This document shows positions 1-9,143 of a DNA stretch of 64,000 nucleotides, in pieces. The DNA is taken from NCBI GenBank assembly GCA_964359735.1, contig CAYHTZ010000004.1, positions 409 to 64,408 on the forward strand, given 5' to 3'. Both the position numbers and the translations under genes were made by a program. Origin of the DNA: an uncultured Candidatus Saccharibacteria bacterium. Its GTDB lineage: Bacteria > Patescibacteriota > Andersenbacteria > UBA10190. A model generated the notes under the pieces. That model saw only the letters and a list, made by a program, of their open reading frames with translations, searched no databases and was not told where the DNA came from. The number at the start of each line of letters is the position of its first letter. Position 1 is the first letter of the stretch.

Positions 1-47
1 CTTAAAGGATGTGACTTGATCGCCACACCCGTGCAACAGACGGCTAG

Positions 48-1481
48 TTAGTCCAGGGCGCTTAAGTTTACCGCAAGTTGGTCTTCCCAAATAATTTCTG
101 GATAACTCTTTAGTATCTCCCGGACGTATTTTTTCCGTTGGTCGTAAGTTTCTTGATCTTTGGCTTCGAACTTTACCGTGATGTACGGCCCGTTCTGGGA
201 ATAGCGGAACACCATGGCGCCATCGGGGAAATCAGCGCGGACGCCGTCGTCTCCGGGGATGGTATTATTGTCAGTGATTTCCGCCTTGGGGAAATCCTTT
301 TTAAATTTCTGAGAGAGGTCTTCAATGACGAGAGCTTTCTTGTCATCCGGACAGCCAACCTTGATTTCAGGCGAGGAGATGTATTTTGGGAAGCTGGCGT
401 AGAGCTCGGCCAGCGACGTGTTTTTTTCGGAGAGGTATTCGAGGATGCGCAGGACAGCGTAGCTGCCATCATCGTGCCCATAGGCATTGTCGTTGAAGAA
501 AAAGTGACCAGAGAGCTCACCGCCGAAAGCAGCCTTTTCTTCCGCGATCTTTGCCTTGATGAAGGCGTGCCCTGTTTTCCAAATGATGGGGGTACCGCCA
601 TTTTGCTTGACGACTTCGCGGACCACCTGAGAGCAGAGGGTGTTGTAAATAATTTTTGAACCAGGAAAGCGCTCGAGGATTTCTTGGGCGAATATAGCCA
701 CGAGGACGTCATTCCAGAGCACATTCCCGTTGCCATCAACCACCCCAATGCGATCGCCGTCGCCGTCCATGGCGATACCAATATCGGCTTTTTCTTCTTT
801 CACCCATTCTGAGATTTGCTGCATGACTTCCGCGTCAGTAGGGTCGGGGGTACCGACAGGGAACGTGCCGTCCGGGACGGGGTTTTTCACGACTAAATCG
901 CAGCCCACTCGGTTTAAGATCTCTGTCACATATGGCCCGGTCGTGCCTTGGTGAGGGTCATATACGACTTTGAACCTTTTCTTAATTTGGACGCGCTTTA
1001 AGACATCAGCGAAGTAATCTTCGGTAACGTCACCTTTCGTGATAGTTCCTTTTTCGTCGGACTGAAAATAGTCATCATTTTCCATCATGCGGCGCATTTC
1101 TTGGACCTCCTCGGGGCCGGTGGTTTGCGAGAACCCAGTGGCCATTTTAAAGCCGTTGAAGTTGGCAGGGTTGTGTGAGGCGGTAATCATGACGCCGCCG
1201 TTGGTTTGGAAACGGTACTGGGCGTAATACATCATCTGAGTCATGACTTGGCCGATATCAATGATGTTAATACCCACATTAGTCATGCCTTGCATGAGCG
1301 CTGCTTGATAGGCCGGGCCGCTGGTGCGGACATCTCGGCCCACGACGGCGTGGCGAATTTTACGGCGCCGCAAGAGAGAGCCGTACGCGCGGCCTAAGGC
1401 TGCCACGATTTCCAGACTTAAATCTTTGTCTACGACGCCCCGGATGTCGTAGTTGCGAAACATGAATGGATTTACTTGCAT
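48..1481 (-). CDS. phosphomannomutase/phosphoglucomutase
   Basis: FRNYDIRG N-terminus, catalytic TASHNP, metal loop DGDGDR, GGELSGH. Confidence 0.95.
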   Translation of the reverse strand: MQVNPFMFRNYDIRGVVDKDLSLEIVAALGRAYGSLLRRRKIRHAVVGRDVRTSGPAYQAALMQGMTNVGINIIDIGQVMTQMMYYAQYRFQTNGGVMITASHNPANFNGFKMATGFSQTTGPEEVQEMRRMMENDDYFQSDEKGTITKGDVTEDYFADVLKRVQIKKRFKVVYDPHQGTTGPYVTEILNRVGCDLVVKNPVPDGTFPVGTPDPTDAEVMQQISEWVKEEKADIGIAMDGDGDRIGVVDGNGNVLWNDVLVAIFAQEILERFPGSKIIYNTLCSQVVREVVKQNGGTPIIWKTGHAFIKAKIAEEKAAFGGELSGHFFFNDNAYGHDDGSYAVLRILEYLSEKNTSLAELYASFPKYISSPEIKVGCPDDKKALVIEDLSQKFKKDFPKAEITDNNTIPGDDGVRADFPDGAMVFRYSQNGPYITVKFEAKDQETYDQRKKYVREILKSYPEIIWEDQLAVNLSALD

Positions 1482-1496
1482 AGTTGCTTCACCTTA

Positions 1497-2282
1497 TCAC
1501 GGGCTCTCGGCTTTGCGTAGAGCCTGAACGAGGGTTGCATGAATGTGAGGGTTGCTGATCAAGACATCACTTGTGCTCGTAGGATCTTTGAAGTTTGGCT
1601 GCCACAGGTTACCGGCAAAGTCGGTCACTTTCGCGCCGGCGGCTTCTGCAATCATGGCTCCCGCAATGGCGTCGTACAGCTTGCAGTCACTATTGAGGAA
1701 AGCATCGAGGTACCCACAGCCGACGTAGCATGCTTGGATAACGACAGATCCAAAAAGGCGGAGACTGCGTATGTGGGGAGTGAGGCCGCTATACAGATGT
1801 GTGTGCCGGGGGTGATTTACGGATCCGCGGCCCCAGGCGATCAGGCTTTGCTTGGCGTCCGGCGTAGTACTCGGTTGTATGGGCTTGCCGTTCAATGCGG
1901 CTTGGTCCTCACCTACCGTGAAGAGTTCGCCGGTTAATGGTAGGTGTACCGCTGCAGCTAAGGGCTGGTTTTGTTTTACGACAGCAATGGCTGTACAGAA
2001 AATACCTAGGTGGTGAAGGAAGTTAGCACTGCCGTCGAGGGGATCGATAATCCAAAGGTAATCAGACTTACTGGGCGAGGAGCCGGCTTCTTCGGAAAAA
2101 ATGGCGTGGTCGGGAAAGTGTTTCTTAATTATTTTGATAATGATTTTCTCTGCGGCCAGGTCTGCGTCACTCACCAAAGTATTATCAGGTTTCAGCTGAG
2201 CAATATGGGCTTTCTGGTACTCTTCCTGCAGCACTTCCCCGGCGGCTTTGGCGGCTTCGATGGCAACGTCTAGTTCTTTCAT
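1497..2282 (-). CDS. inositol monophosphatase family protein (SuhB-like)
   Basis: SEE, WIIDPLDGSANF, YDAIAG motifs; start moved to ATG 2282 (MKELDVAIEAA) because the longer ORF overlaps trpS. Confidence 0.9.
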   Translation of the reverse strand: MKELDVAIEAAKAAGEVLQEEYQKAHIAQLKPDNTLVSDADLAAEKIIIKIIKKHFPDHAIFSEEAGSSPSKSDYLWIIDPLDGSANFLHHLGIFCTAIAVVKQNQPLAAAVHLPLTGELFTVGEDQAALNGKPIQPSTTPDAKQSLIAWGRGSVNHPRHTHLYSGLTPHIRSLRLFGSVVIQACYVGCGYLDAFLNSDCKLYDAIAGAMIAEAAGAKVTDFAGNLWQPNFKDPTSTSDVLISNPHIHATLVQALRKAESP

Positions 2283-2283
2283 A

Positions 2284-3288
2284 CTAAACCTGCCTGCCGG
2301 CAGGCAGGCCCATCTTTTCCTTAGCATCTCGCAAAGTTTTATTGGCCACAATGGCGGCTTTGGCGCGGCCAGCTTCTAAAGTATCTCGCAAGTGTTTCTC
2401 GTCTTGGCGCAGTTCGGTATATTGCTCGCGGATAGGGGTGAGCTTTTCGACTAAGAGTTCCGCCAAAGCCTCTTTGAGTTCTTTGTAGCCCTTGCCCGAG
2501 AATTTTTTCTCGATGCCGGCAGGGGACTCATCGCTAAAAGCTTGATAGATGCGCAGCAAGTTTTTTACTGCGGGGCCACTCCTCTCAAAAGAAAATATGG
2601 GCTCTGTCTCGGTAGTGGCGCTCATGACTTTCTTGCGAATGGCATCGGGCTCATCCGTAATAGCCACGTACGTTTTTTCCCCGTCGCTCTTGCTCATTTT
2701 GCGTGTGGGATCGGCGAGGGACATAACGCGGGCGGCGTAGCTGCTCGCGAAGTAGCCGGGGAGGGTAAATGTTTCCCCAAAGCGATTGTTGAAACGCTGC
2801 GCGAGATCGCGCGTGAGCTCGACATGCTGTTTCTGGTCATCACCTACAGGTACCAAATGTGCGTGGTAGAGGAGAATATCGGCAGCCATGAGGACGGGGT
2901 AGGCGAAGATGCCGAAGGAGACGCTCTCTTTCTTAGCGGATTTATCTTTGAACTGTGTCATGCGGGTGAGCTCGCCGTATTGGGTGATGGTGGACAACAG
3001 CCAGGCGAGTTCAGTGTGGGCAGGAATGTGGGATTGTACAAAGAGAGTGGATTTCTTTGGGTCTACGCCGGCAGCCAGGTAAATGGCGGCGGCATTAAGA
3101 GTTCGGTCAGGAAGTTCCTTCGGGTCGTATTCCACGGTGATGGCGTGCTCATCCACAATGCAGTAGTAGGCAGTGTTGTTTTCTTGCAGTGCTACCCACT
3201 GCTTGAGCGCCCCTAAATAATTGCCGATGTGCAATGTGCCCGACGGCTGAATACCCGATAAAATTGTTTTACCGCTAGGGGTTTCCAT
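2284..3288 (-). CDS. trpS: tryptophan--tRNA ligase
   Basis: SGIQPSG, HIGN, VPVGDDQKQH, KMSKS. Confidence 0.97.
   Translation of the reverse strand: METPSGKTILSGIQPSGTLHIGNYLGALKQWVALQENNTAYYCIVDEHAITVEYDPKELPDRTLNAAAIYLAAGVDPKKSTLFVQSHIPAHTELAWLLSTITQYGELTRMTQFKDKSAKKESVSFGIFAYPVLMAADILLYHAHLVPVGDDQKQHVELTRDLAQRFNNRFGETFTLPGYFASSYAARVMSLADPTRKMSKSDGEKTYVAITDEPDAIRKKVMSATTETEPIFSFERSGPAVKNLLRIYQAFSDESPAGIEKKFSGKGYKELKEALAELLVEKLTPIREQYTELRQDEKHLRDTLEAGRAKAAIVANKTLRDAKEKMGLPAGRQV
2289..2308. repeat. perfect 20-bp palindrome CCTGCCTGCCGGCAGGCAGG in the trpS 3' end
   Basis: read directly; self-complementary; encodes LPAGRQ. Confidence 0.9.
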
Positions 3289-3309
3289 GTATCTACCCTA
3301 GCGTTTTGC

Positions 3310-5289
3310 TTACACTTCGACAATAACGGGCAGCACCATGGGGCGACGCTCGGTGCGCTGGAAGAGGAACTGGCCGACGCTGTCACGCAAATTGTTCTTC
3401 ATCATGGACCAGTTGGGCTCGCCACGTCCGCGACCGGATTGTTTCTCAATAATCTGGCGGATTTTTTGCTGCGTATCTTTCACGAGTGCTTTTTGGTCTT
3501 TCATATAGACAAACCCGCGAGAGATCATATCTGGTTCGCCAATCACACGGCCGCTGCGGCCGTCCACCGTGGCGATCACGACGACCATACCGTCGGAGGC
3601 CAGGATTTGCCGATCGCGCAGGACCACGTTGCCAATATCACCCACGCCGAGGCCGTCTACCATCACATACTTAATTTCATACTTTTCACCGGAGAGGCGA
3701 ACCTTTTCCGGTGTGATTTCAACTACTTCCCCGTTTTGGGGGAGGAGAATACGGTTACGGTCCATGCCGTGCTGTACGGCGAGCTTAGCGTGTTCCGCAC
3801 GATGGCTGAAGTGCCCATGGGCGGGGACTAAGTACTTGGGCTGGGTAAGCTCGATCATGTGCATTAAATCGTCGCGATGGCCGTGGCCTCCGGAGTGAAT
3901 ATCCATCATTTTGTAGTGGTACACTTCGGCGCCTTGCTGGTAGATTTTGTCTTTGACGAGCTGCACTGACTGTTCGTTGCCGGGAATAACGGAAGAAGAA
4001 AAGATCACAACATCACCTGCCTGAAGTTCAAGTGTACGATGCTCGTTATTCACGAGGCGCATCAAGACAGCGTTATCTTCCCCTTGGGCACCGGTGCAGA
4101 GAACTACCACTTTGCCAGGGGGGAGTTTGTTGCTTTCCTCAGAAGTAATCATGGTTTCTTTACGGAAATCCATGAAGCCAATTTCTTTGGCGATTTCGAT
4201 GTTCGTTTTCATGGAGAAGCCTTCGATGGCCACTTTACGGCCGTGGCGCTCGGCCACGGAGATCATTTGCTGCAAGCGGTCGATCATGGAAGAGAAGGTA
4301 GCCGCAATGATGCGTTGATTGGGGTGAGCAGCGAAAAGTTTGTCCAGGTTATTTTCAACAACAGATTCGGAGATAGAGTGGCCTTCGCGTTCGGAGCCGG
4401 TGGAATCGGCGTACAGAACACTGACGCCTTGTTTGCCGATTTGTTGCAAGTGCTCCTCGTCGGCGGGATGGTCGTTGACAGGGTGGTTATCGAATTTAAA
4501 ATCACCAGTAAAGGCGATGGAGCCGGCCGGCGAGCGGATTACCACACCAAAAGAGTTAGGCACGGAGTGGTTCACATGGAATGTTTCTACTTCGAGCTCT
4601 CCTAGGCGGAATTTTTCTTTGGTCTTCACTATGTTTACTTTGGGCTTGGCGTATTGCGGAAATTCTGCTTGGCGTTTTTGAACGAGCATCATGGTGAACT
4701 GGGAACCGTAAATAGGAGGGTTGCCGAGTTTCGGCAGTAAGTGAGGTACGCCACCGAAGTGGTCGTAGTGGGCGTGGGTAATAATGACGCCTTTAATGTT
4801 TTTTTCCTTGCCGGCGAGCGGACTGATATCGGGGATAACGTAATCGATGCCGTACATGTTCTCGTTGGGGAACATAAGGCCAAGGTCGACGACCACAATG
4901 TCATTCTTGTATTCCACGGCGGCGGCATTGCGGCCGATTTCTTCCAGCCCGCCCAAGGGAATTAAATACATGGCATCGGGGTTGCGGGGAGGCTGCTTTA
5001 AGGAAGGCACATCCAGCGGCCGGGTAGAACCGAAGGGAGTGCCGGTTGCTCGGCCCCGCCCGCGTCCAGGACCGCGGCCACCACGCCCGCGTCCGCCGCT
5101 GGGGCGGCCACTACTGCGGCCGCGCGGAGGACGACTGGCCGGCTGCGGACTTTGAGGCTTCGCAGCAGCATGACCGGGTGATGCTTGTCTGCGGGTACCG
5201 GAAACAGTGGGCTTACGAATAGGGGGAGGCGGAGGAGGCCCCGCCTTCGCCAAGGCTACGGCGGGCAGGGGCGGCTTCTGATCAGTCAT
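3310..5289 (-). CDS. rnj: ribonuclease J with Pro/Arg/Gly-rich N-terminal extension
   Basis: PLGGLEEIGRN, THAHYDHFGG, VNHSVP, HSGGH, SRGFVY, RRPMVLPVI. Confidence 0.95.
   Translation of the reverse strand: MTDQKPPLPAVALAKAGPPPPPPIRKPTVSGTRRQASPGHAAAKPQSPQPASRPPRGRSSGRPSGGRGRGGRGPGRGRGRATGTPFGSTRPLDVPSLKQPPRNPDAMYLIPLGGLEEIGRNAAAVEYKNDIVVVDLGLMFPNENMYGIDYVIPDISPLAGKEKNIKGVIITHAHYDHFGGVPHLLPKLGNPPIYGSQFTMMLVQKRQAEFPQYAKPKVNIVKTKEKFRLGELEVETFHVNHSVPNSFGVVIRSPAGSIAFTGDFKFDNHPVNDHPADEEHLQQIGKQGVSVLYADSTGSEREGHSISESVVENNLDKLFAAHPNQRIIAATFSSMIDRLQQMISVAERHGRKVAIEGFSMKTNIEIAKEIGFMDFRKETMITSEESNKLPPGKVVVLCTGAQGEDNAVLMRLVNNEHRTLELQAGDVVIFSSSVIPGNEQSVQLVKDKIYQQGAEVYHYKMMDIHSGGHGHRDDLMHMIELTQPKYLVPAHGHFSHRAEHAKLAVQHGMDRNRILLPQNGEVVEITPEKVRLSGEKYEIKYVMVDGLGVGDIGNVVLRDRQILASDGMVVVIATVDGRSGRVIGEPDMISRGFVYMKDQKALVKDTQQKIRQIIEKQSGRGRGEPNWSMMKNNLRDSVGQFLFQRTERRPMVLPVIVEV
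5240..5269. repeat. 30-bp palindromic element, copy in rnj
   Basis: CCCGCCTTCGCCAAGGCTACGGCGGGCAGG; 28/30 identical to 60958-60987. Confidence 0.9.
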
Positions 5290-5427
5290 AACTATTCAAT
5301 TGTGTTGAAACTTAGGATATTAAACTTGAATTATCAGGCGCGACAGAAGGGAAAGGTAACGCAAAGTTCGTCACGAACCACTCTGTTGTAAAATCCGGAA
5401 GGGACTGCGCTGAGTTAATCTCCTAGG

Positions 5428-5455
5428 ATTATAGCAAGTTGGCAAAAAATGTCAA
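5428..5455 (-). promoter_or_regulatory. sigma70 promoter for rnj
   Basis: minus strand TTGACA (5455-5450), 16 nt spacer, TATAAT (5433-5428). Confidence 0.8.
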
Positions 5456-5482
5456 ATTTCTCTACGATATGGGCGATGGGGA

Positions 5483-5517
5483 CCCCGCACCAGAAGCTCG
5501 CTTCGATACGGGGCAGG
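5483..5517. repeat. intergenic imperfect hairpin CCCCGCACC...CGGGG-CAGG
   Basis: CCCCG/CGGGG outer and GAAGC/GCTTC inner arms; same CAGG tail as the 30-bp family; resembles 57153-57183. Confidence 0.5.
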
Positions 5518-5549
5518 TGTGGTGGAATTAGGGTCCCGGTAGGGTGCAT

Positions 5550-5632
5550 GGGGACGTGGCGGAACTGGTAGACGCGCACGCTTCAGGAGCGTGTGAGTAA
5601 CCCTCGTGAGAGTTCGATTCTCTCCGTCCCCA
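5550..5632 (+). tRNA. tRNA-Leu(CAG)
   Basis: GGGGACG/CGTCCCC acceptor, CACGC-TTCAGGA-GCGTG anticodon arm, variable arm, TTCGATT T-loop; CCA not encoded. Confidence 0.95.
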
Positions 5633-5635
5633 CAT

Positions 5636-7129
5636 ATGAGTTATTATCGCAATCTGCGGTTCACCAAGAAAGGCCGGTGGGCTACCTATCCAGCGGACGC
5701 AGAGTTGTGGCATACGGACCATACGTCGCGCTACTTTGAAGACCATTTTGGGCTGTGGAGAGAAATATTAGCGGTCTGTATTGTCGGCAAAGAAAAAGAG
5801 GAAGAGCAGCACATGTATGTGCCGGAGTCTTTTGTAGAGAAGTTGCATGCACGGATCCAAGAGCTGACTGCCCAAGACCCCAAGGGTATGGAGAAATTGT
5901 TTATCCCATTCTACGCCAGTAAAGAGGCAGCCAAGAGAGAAATTCCTCAGATCAACCCGCCTGACCTCTCGAAAGTTTCAGGTGGGGAGCTAGCTGATAT
6001 CTATCTCGAGAACCGCGATCAAGCTCACCGCATTGTGATTTACGATCAGTTCACGTGGCTGGCGGAGGATTATTGGCCGCCTCTCATGGATGAGGTGCTG
6101 GTGGGGAAAATGAAACTTACAAAAGACTCGGAGGAGTACAATACAGTCCTTTTTGCGTTGATTAAGCCACGTGAAATATCAACCACACTAGAGGAAAAAC
6201 GCGAACTCATTGAAGAGACTCTCAAGATCCAGCAAGGGGCACGGACGGTCGAGGTGGCCGCCGAGCGCTTAGCCCACGATTTCGGCTGGATGCCGGTGCT
6301 TGCCTTTGGTGTGCCTTGGAACGCCGAGAGGTATGAGAGTGAGCTCAAAGACACCCTCACGCGGGAGACGAGCGCGCTTGAGAGAGAGCTAGCAGAACTT
6401 AAGAATTATACACAGATTCGCGACCGGGATATCGTAGGGATTGTGAAGAAATACGACATCAGCCCAGAAGACTTGCAGGTGTTTGTTGATTTTGGCTTGG
6501 CCATTGATACCCGGAATGAAGCGGAATACGTAGCATCCGTGGCTGGGTTCTACCTCTTGCCTATCTACGACGAGATGGTGAAGAGGTTCAAGATTTCCAT
6601 CAATGAGCTGAGAACACTGCTTGAGGATGAGATGGTGGCGTGTCTGCGGGGCGAGGCGGACCCTCGCGCAGTTCTCAAAAGTAAAGGGCGCATCATAGCC
6701 TGGGGGCTCGATGGGGAGAAGAAAGAGCGAGTTAATTTCTCGCCTGGGGAAGGCGAAGAAGTGTTTACGTATGTGGAATCTCAACAAAAGGCCGGTAAGG
6801 CTCAGGCTACGTATCTGACGCGAGGGATTACTGCCAATAAAGGCAAGGCGCGGGGCAAAGCGCGGCTTGTTCCCAACCCGAGTGATAACCACAAGGTAAA
6901 ACAGGGAGACATATTGATCGCGTATTCAACGATGGTGGATAACCTGCCGGCCATGAAAAACGCTTCGGCGATTGTGACCGAATCAGGCGGGATCACGTGT
7001 CATGCTGCCGTAGTATCGCGGGAATTTGGCATTCCCTGCATCGTGAGCATGAAAAATGCCATGAGCGATTTTAAGGATGGGGAAATGGTAGAGGTGGATG
7101 CGGACGCGGGGCTTGTGCGCCGGGTATGA
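5636..7129 (+). CDS. protein with C-terminal PEP-utilising enzyme mobile (phospho-His swivel) domain
   Basis: AIVTESGGITCHAAVVSREFGIPCIV...VEVDADAG; no ATP-grasp or TIM barrel recognised; ATG 5636 chosen because upstream codons lie inside the tRNA. Confidence 0.85.
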   Translation: MSYYRNLRFTKKGRWATYPADAELWHTDHTSRYFEDHFGLWREILAVCIVGKEKEEEQHMYVPESFVEKLHARIQELTAQDPKGMEKLFIPFYASKEAAKREIPQINPPDLSKVSGGELADIYLENRDQAHRIVIYDQFTWLAEDYWPPLMDEVLVGKMKLTKDSEEYNTVLFALIKPREISTTLEEKRELIEETLKIQQGARTVEVAAERLAHDFGWMPVLAFGVPWNAERYESELKDTLTRETSALERELAELKNYTQIRDRDIVGIVKKYDISPEDLQVFVDFGLAIDTRNEAEYVASVAGFYLLPIYDEMVKRFKISINELRTLLEDEMVACLRGEADPRAVLKSKGRIIAWGLDGEKKERVNFSPGEGEEVFTYVESQQKAGKAQATYLTRGITANKGKARGKARLVPNPSDNHKVKQGDILIAYSTMVDNLPAMKNASAIVTESGGITCHAAVVSREFGIPCIVSMKNAMSDFKDGEMVEVDADAGLVRRV

Positions 7130-7380
7130 GCGAAGATTGGAAAGAGGTCGATGGCAAGCTCAGGGCCATGTTTGAATTCCCTGATTTCGCCGCGGCAATG
7201 GTGTTTGTGAACAAGGTGGCAGCGGCTGCAGAGAAAGCCAATCACCACCCGGATATTCTCATTCACTACAATAAGGTAGGCATGGAACTCTGGACCCATT
7301 CGGAGGGGAAAGTCACAGACAAAGACCGCCAGCTCGCCGAGAAAATTTCTCAATTGTTTACCGTGGGTCGTCGAGGGTGA
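7126..7380 (+). CDS. pterin-4-alpha-carbinolamine dehydratase
   Basis: FEFPDF, AEKANHHPDI, WTHSEG-VTDKD; ATGA overlap with upstream gene. Confidence 0.92.
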   Translation: MSEDWKEVDGKLRAMFEFPDFAAAMVFVNKVAAAAEKANHHPDILIHYNKVGMELWTHSEGKVTDKDRQLAEKISQLFTVGRRG

Positions 7381-8092
7381 CGTGTTGGTTATGAAAGTGG
7401 TACACGTTTAGGAGACGAACGTAGCTGAAAATTCCTTTGAAAAGACCGTGGTGCGCAAAGCGGCGGCCAGAAGCAACGACGGGCGTGTCTGTAATCATTT
7501 TGATGCGACCGTGGGCTTTGACTCTCAGCGCAAGCTCGGCATCTTCAAATGCAGTTAGCTTGTGATCGAACCCTCCGCTGACTTGGTACACCTCTTTACG
7601 GATGGCGAAATTTGAACCGGTGAGCCAGGGGGTGCCGTAGACGCGGGCAAACGCGCGCATAGCGACCGATTGGATAGTATTAATGGTAGAGTTTCCGAGC
7701 TGGCTTAGATCGCGAACTTGGCACGTGCCGCTGACTGCGGCAAAAGACTTGTCGGAAAGATGGGCGAGGAGGGATGAGAGCCAGTGGGGAGGAATGATGA
7801 CGTCGGCGTCTGTCGAAAATACAATGCCGCCTTGTGCATGGTCAAAGCCGGCGGCGCGCGCGGCACCGCGGCCTTTGTGTGGCTCATCTACCACAACCAG
7901 GTTGAGCTTGCCTTGGTACTGCTGCGCGACTTCGCGGGTACGGTCGGTAGAGGCGTTATTCACTACGATTACTTCAAAAGGATCTGAGGTAATTTGCTTC
8001 GTGAGCGACTCGAGTGTTGCGCCCAACATTTCCTCCTCGTTGTAGGCAGGAATAACAACTGAGGTAGAGACGTGGTTAGATATCGCCGGCAA
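7358..8092 (-). CDS. glycosyltransferase family 2
   Basis: SVVIPAYNEE, VVNNASTDRT, TDAD, GSNFAIR, EDAEL. Confidence 0.9.
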   Translation of the reverse strand: MPAISNHVSTSVVIPAYNEEEMLGATLESLTKQITSDPFEVIVVNNASTDRTREVAQQYQGKLNLVVVDEPHKGRGAARAAGFDHAQGGIVFSTDADVIIPPHWLSSLLAHLSDKSFAAVSGTCQVRDLSQLGNSTINTIQSVAMRAFARVYGTPWLTGSNFAIRKEVYQVSGGFDHKLTAFEDAELALRVKAHGRIKMITDTPVVASGRRFAHHGLFKGIFSYVRLLNVYHFHNQHVTLDDPR

Positions 8093-9098
8093 CCTCTTTG
8101 AGCTTAGCCTTGAGGGATTCCACTCCTTCTACGGGAACTGGGTCAATACCATACTCGAGGGCGAGGAAGTACGTTGTCCAGAGGCCGAGTGTCACTGTAT
8201 ACATAAGTTTTTCGAGAAGGGTTGTGCCTTCAACATTCACGTGTTCCACGGTAACGCCCCAATCGCGATAGAGTCCCGTAGTGACTTCTATGCGAGCGCG
8301 GTTTCTGGGGTGATCATCTTTGTCTCGCAGGGTGAGGACGAAAAACTGGTTCGGGTTTTTCATTTCTTTGAGCTTGCTGAACCCAAGCATTTCGTTGTGG
8401 TTCATTTCGGGGAATGTATTCCAGAACGCAGGGTACTTGGCATTCTCATTGGTTTGGATTTTGAAGTTCTTTGTGGCAAAGCCAAGCGCGTCGGTAGAAA
8501 GGTACACAGCAGTTTTGCCTTTGATTTTTTGGGCCAGCTCTTTGCCGGGGGCTTCGAGGAGTGGAGCCTTCTCGATTAAGACCTTTTCGACGCGGCGTAA
8601 GTCTTCATCAATGTTTTCGACGAGCCCGCTGTTACGCAACGCCGCATAAATGCCAGCGAAAGCTGCGAATAATGTGTGGCGCGGTTGCATGTCGGTATAG
8701 TCAATTTTAATGAACGGGGTGCCGTCGCGCTGGGCCAATTCTTGTAACTTCCCCCCCGAGGCGCTCACCAGGAGCGGCCGGCTTTCGCGCTGGGCCAAGG
8801 CATAGCCAGTGAGAGGCTCTTCGGTGTTCCCCGAGTAAGAGCTCGCGATAACGAGGGGCTTCACCAGCCCCATGTGGGCAAGATAGGTAGTGGGGAGGTC
8901 GTAATTGCGGTGAACGTAGAGAGGGACATTGCTGATGCCTAACGCGTTGAGGAGGTCTCCGGGATGGCCGGAGCCGCCCATACCGGCCAACACAATGGAA
9001 TCAACTTTCCCTTCGACTTTGACGTCCTTATTTACCTCCAGCGAGTGTCCAATTTGCTGAGGGGAGGCCAGAATGACCTCGCGCATATCTTGTGGCAT
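8076..9098 (-). CDS. bifunctional phosphoglucose/phosphomannose isomerase (SIS domains)
   Basis: GMGGSG, SSYSGNTEE, NENAK, PEMNHNE. Confidence 0.93.
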   Translation of the reverse strand: MPQDMREVILASPQQIGHSLEVNKDVKVEGKVDSIVLAGMGGSGHPGDLLNALGISNVPLYVHRNYDLPTTYLAHMGLVKPLVIASSYSGNTEEPLTGYALAQRESRPLLVSASGGKLQELAQRDGTPFIKIDYTDMQPRHTLFAAFAGIYAALRNSGLVENIDEDLRRVEKVLIEKAPLLEAPGKELAQKIKGKTAVYLSTDALGFATKNFKIQTNENAKYPAFWNTFPEMNHNEMLGFSKLKEMKNPNQFFVLTLRDKDDHPRNRARIEVTTGLYRDWGVTVEHVNVEGTTLLEKLMYTVTLGLWTTYFLALEYGIDPVPVEGVESLKAKLKEVAGDI

Positions 9099-9143
9099 AG
9101 GGCAAGTGTAGGAAGTTATCTCACGCGAGACAAGCCGTGTCCT

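Noticed and set aside
5606-5635. ORF-track N-terminal extensions running into tRNA genes (also 23706-23741)
   Set aside because: They overlap tRNA T-arms; the downstream ATGs at 5636 and 23742 are more plausible starts.
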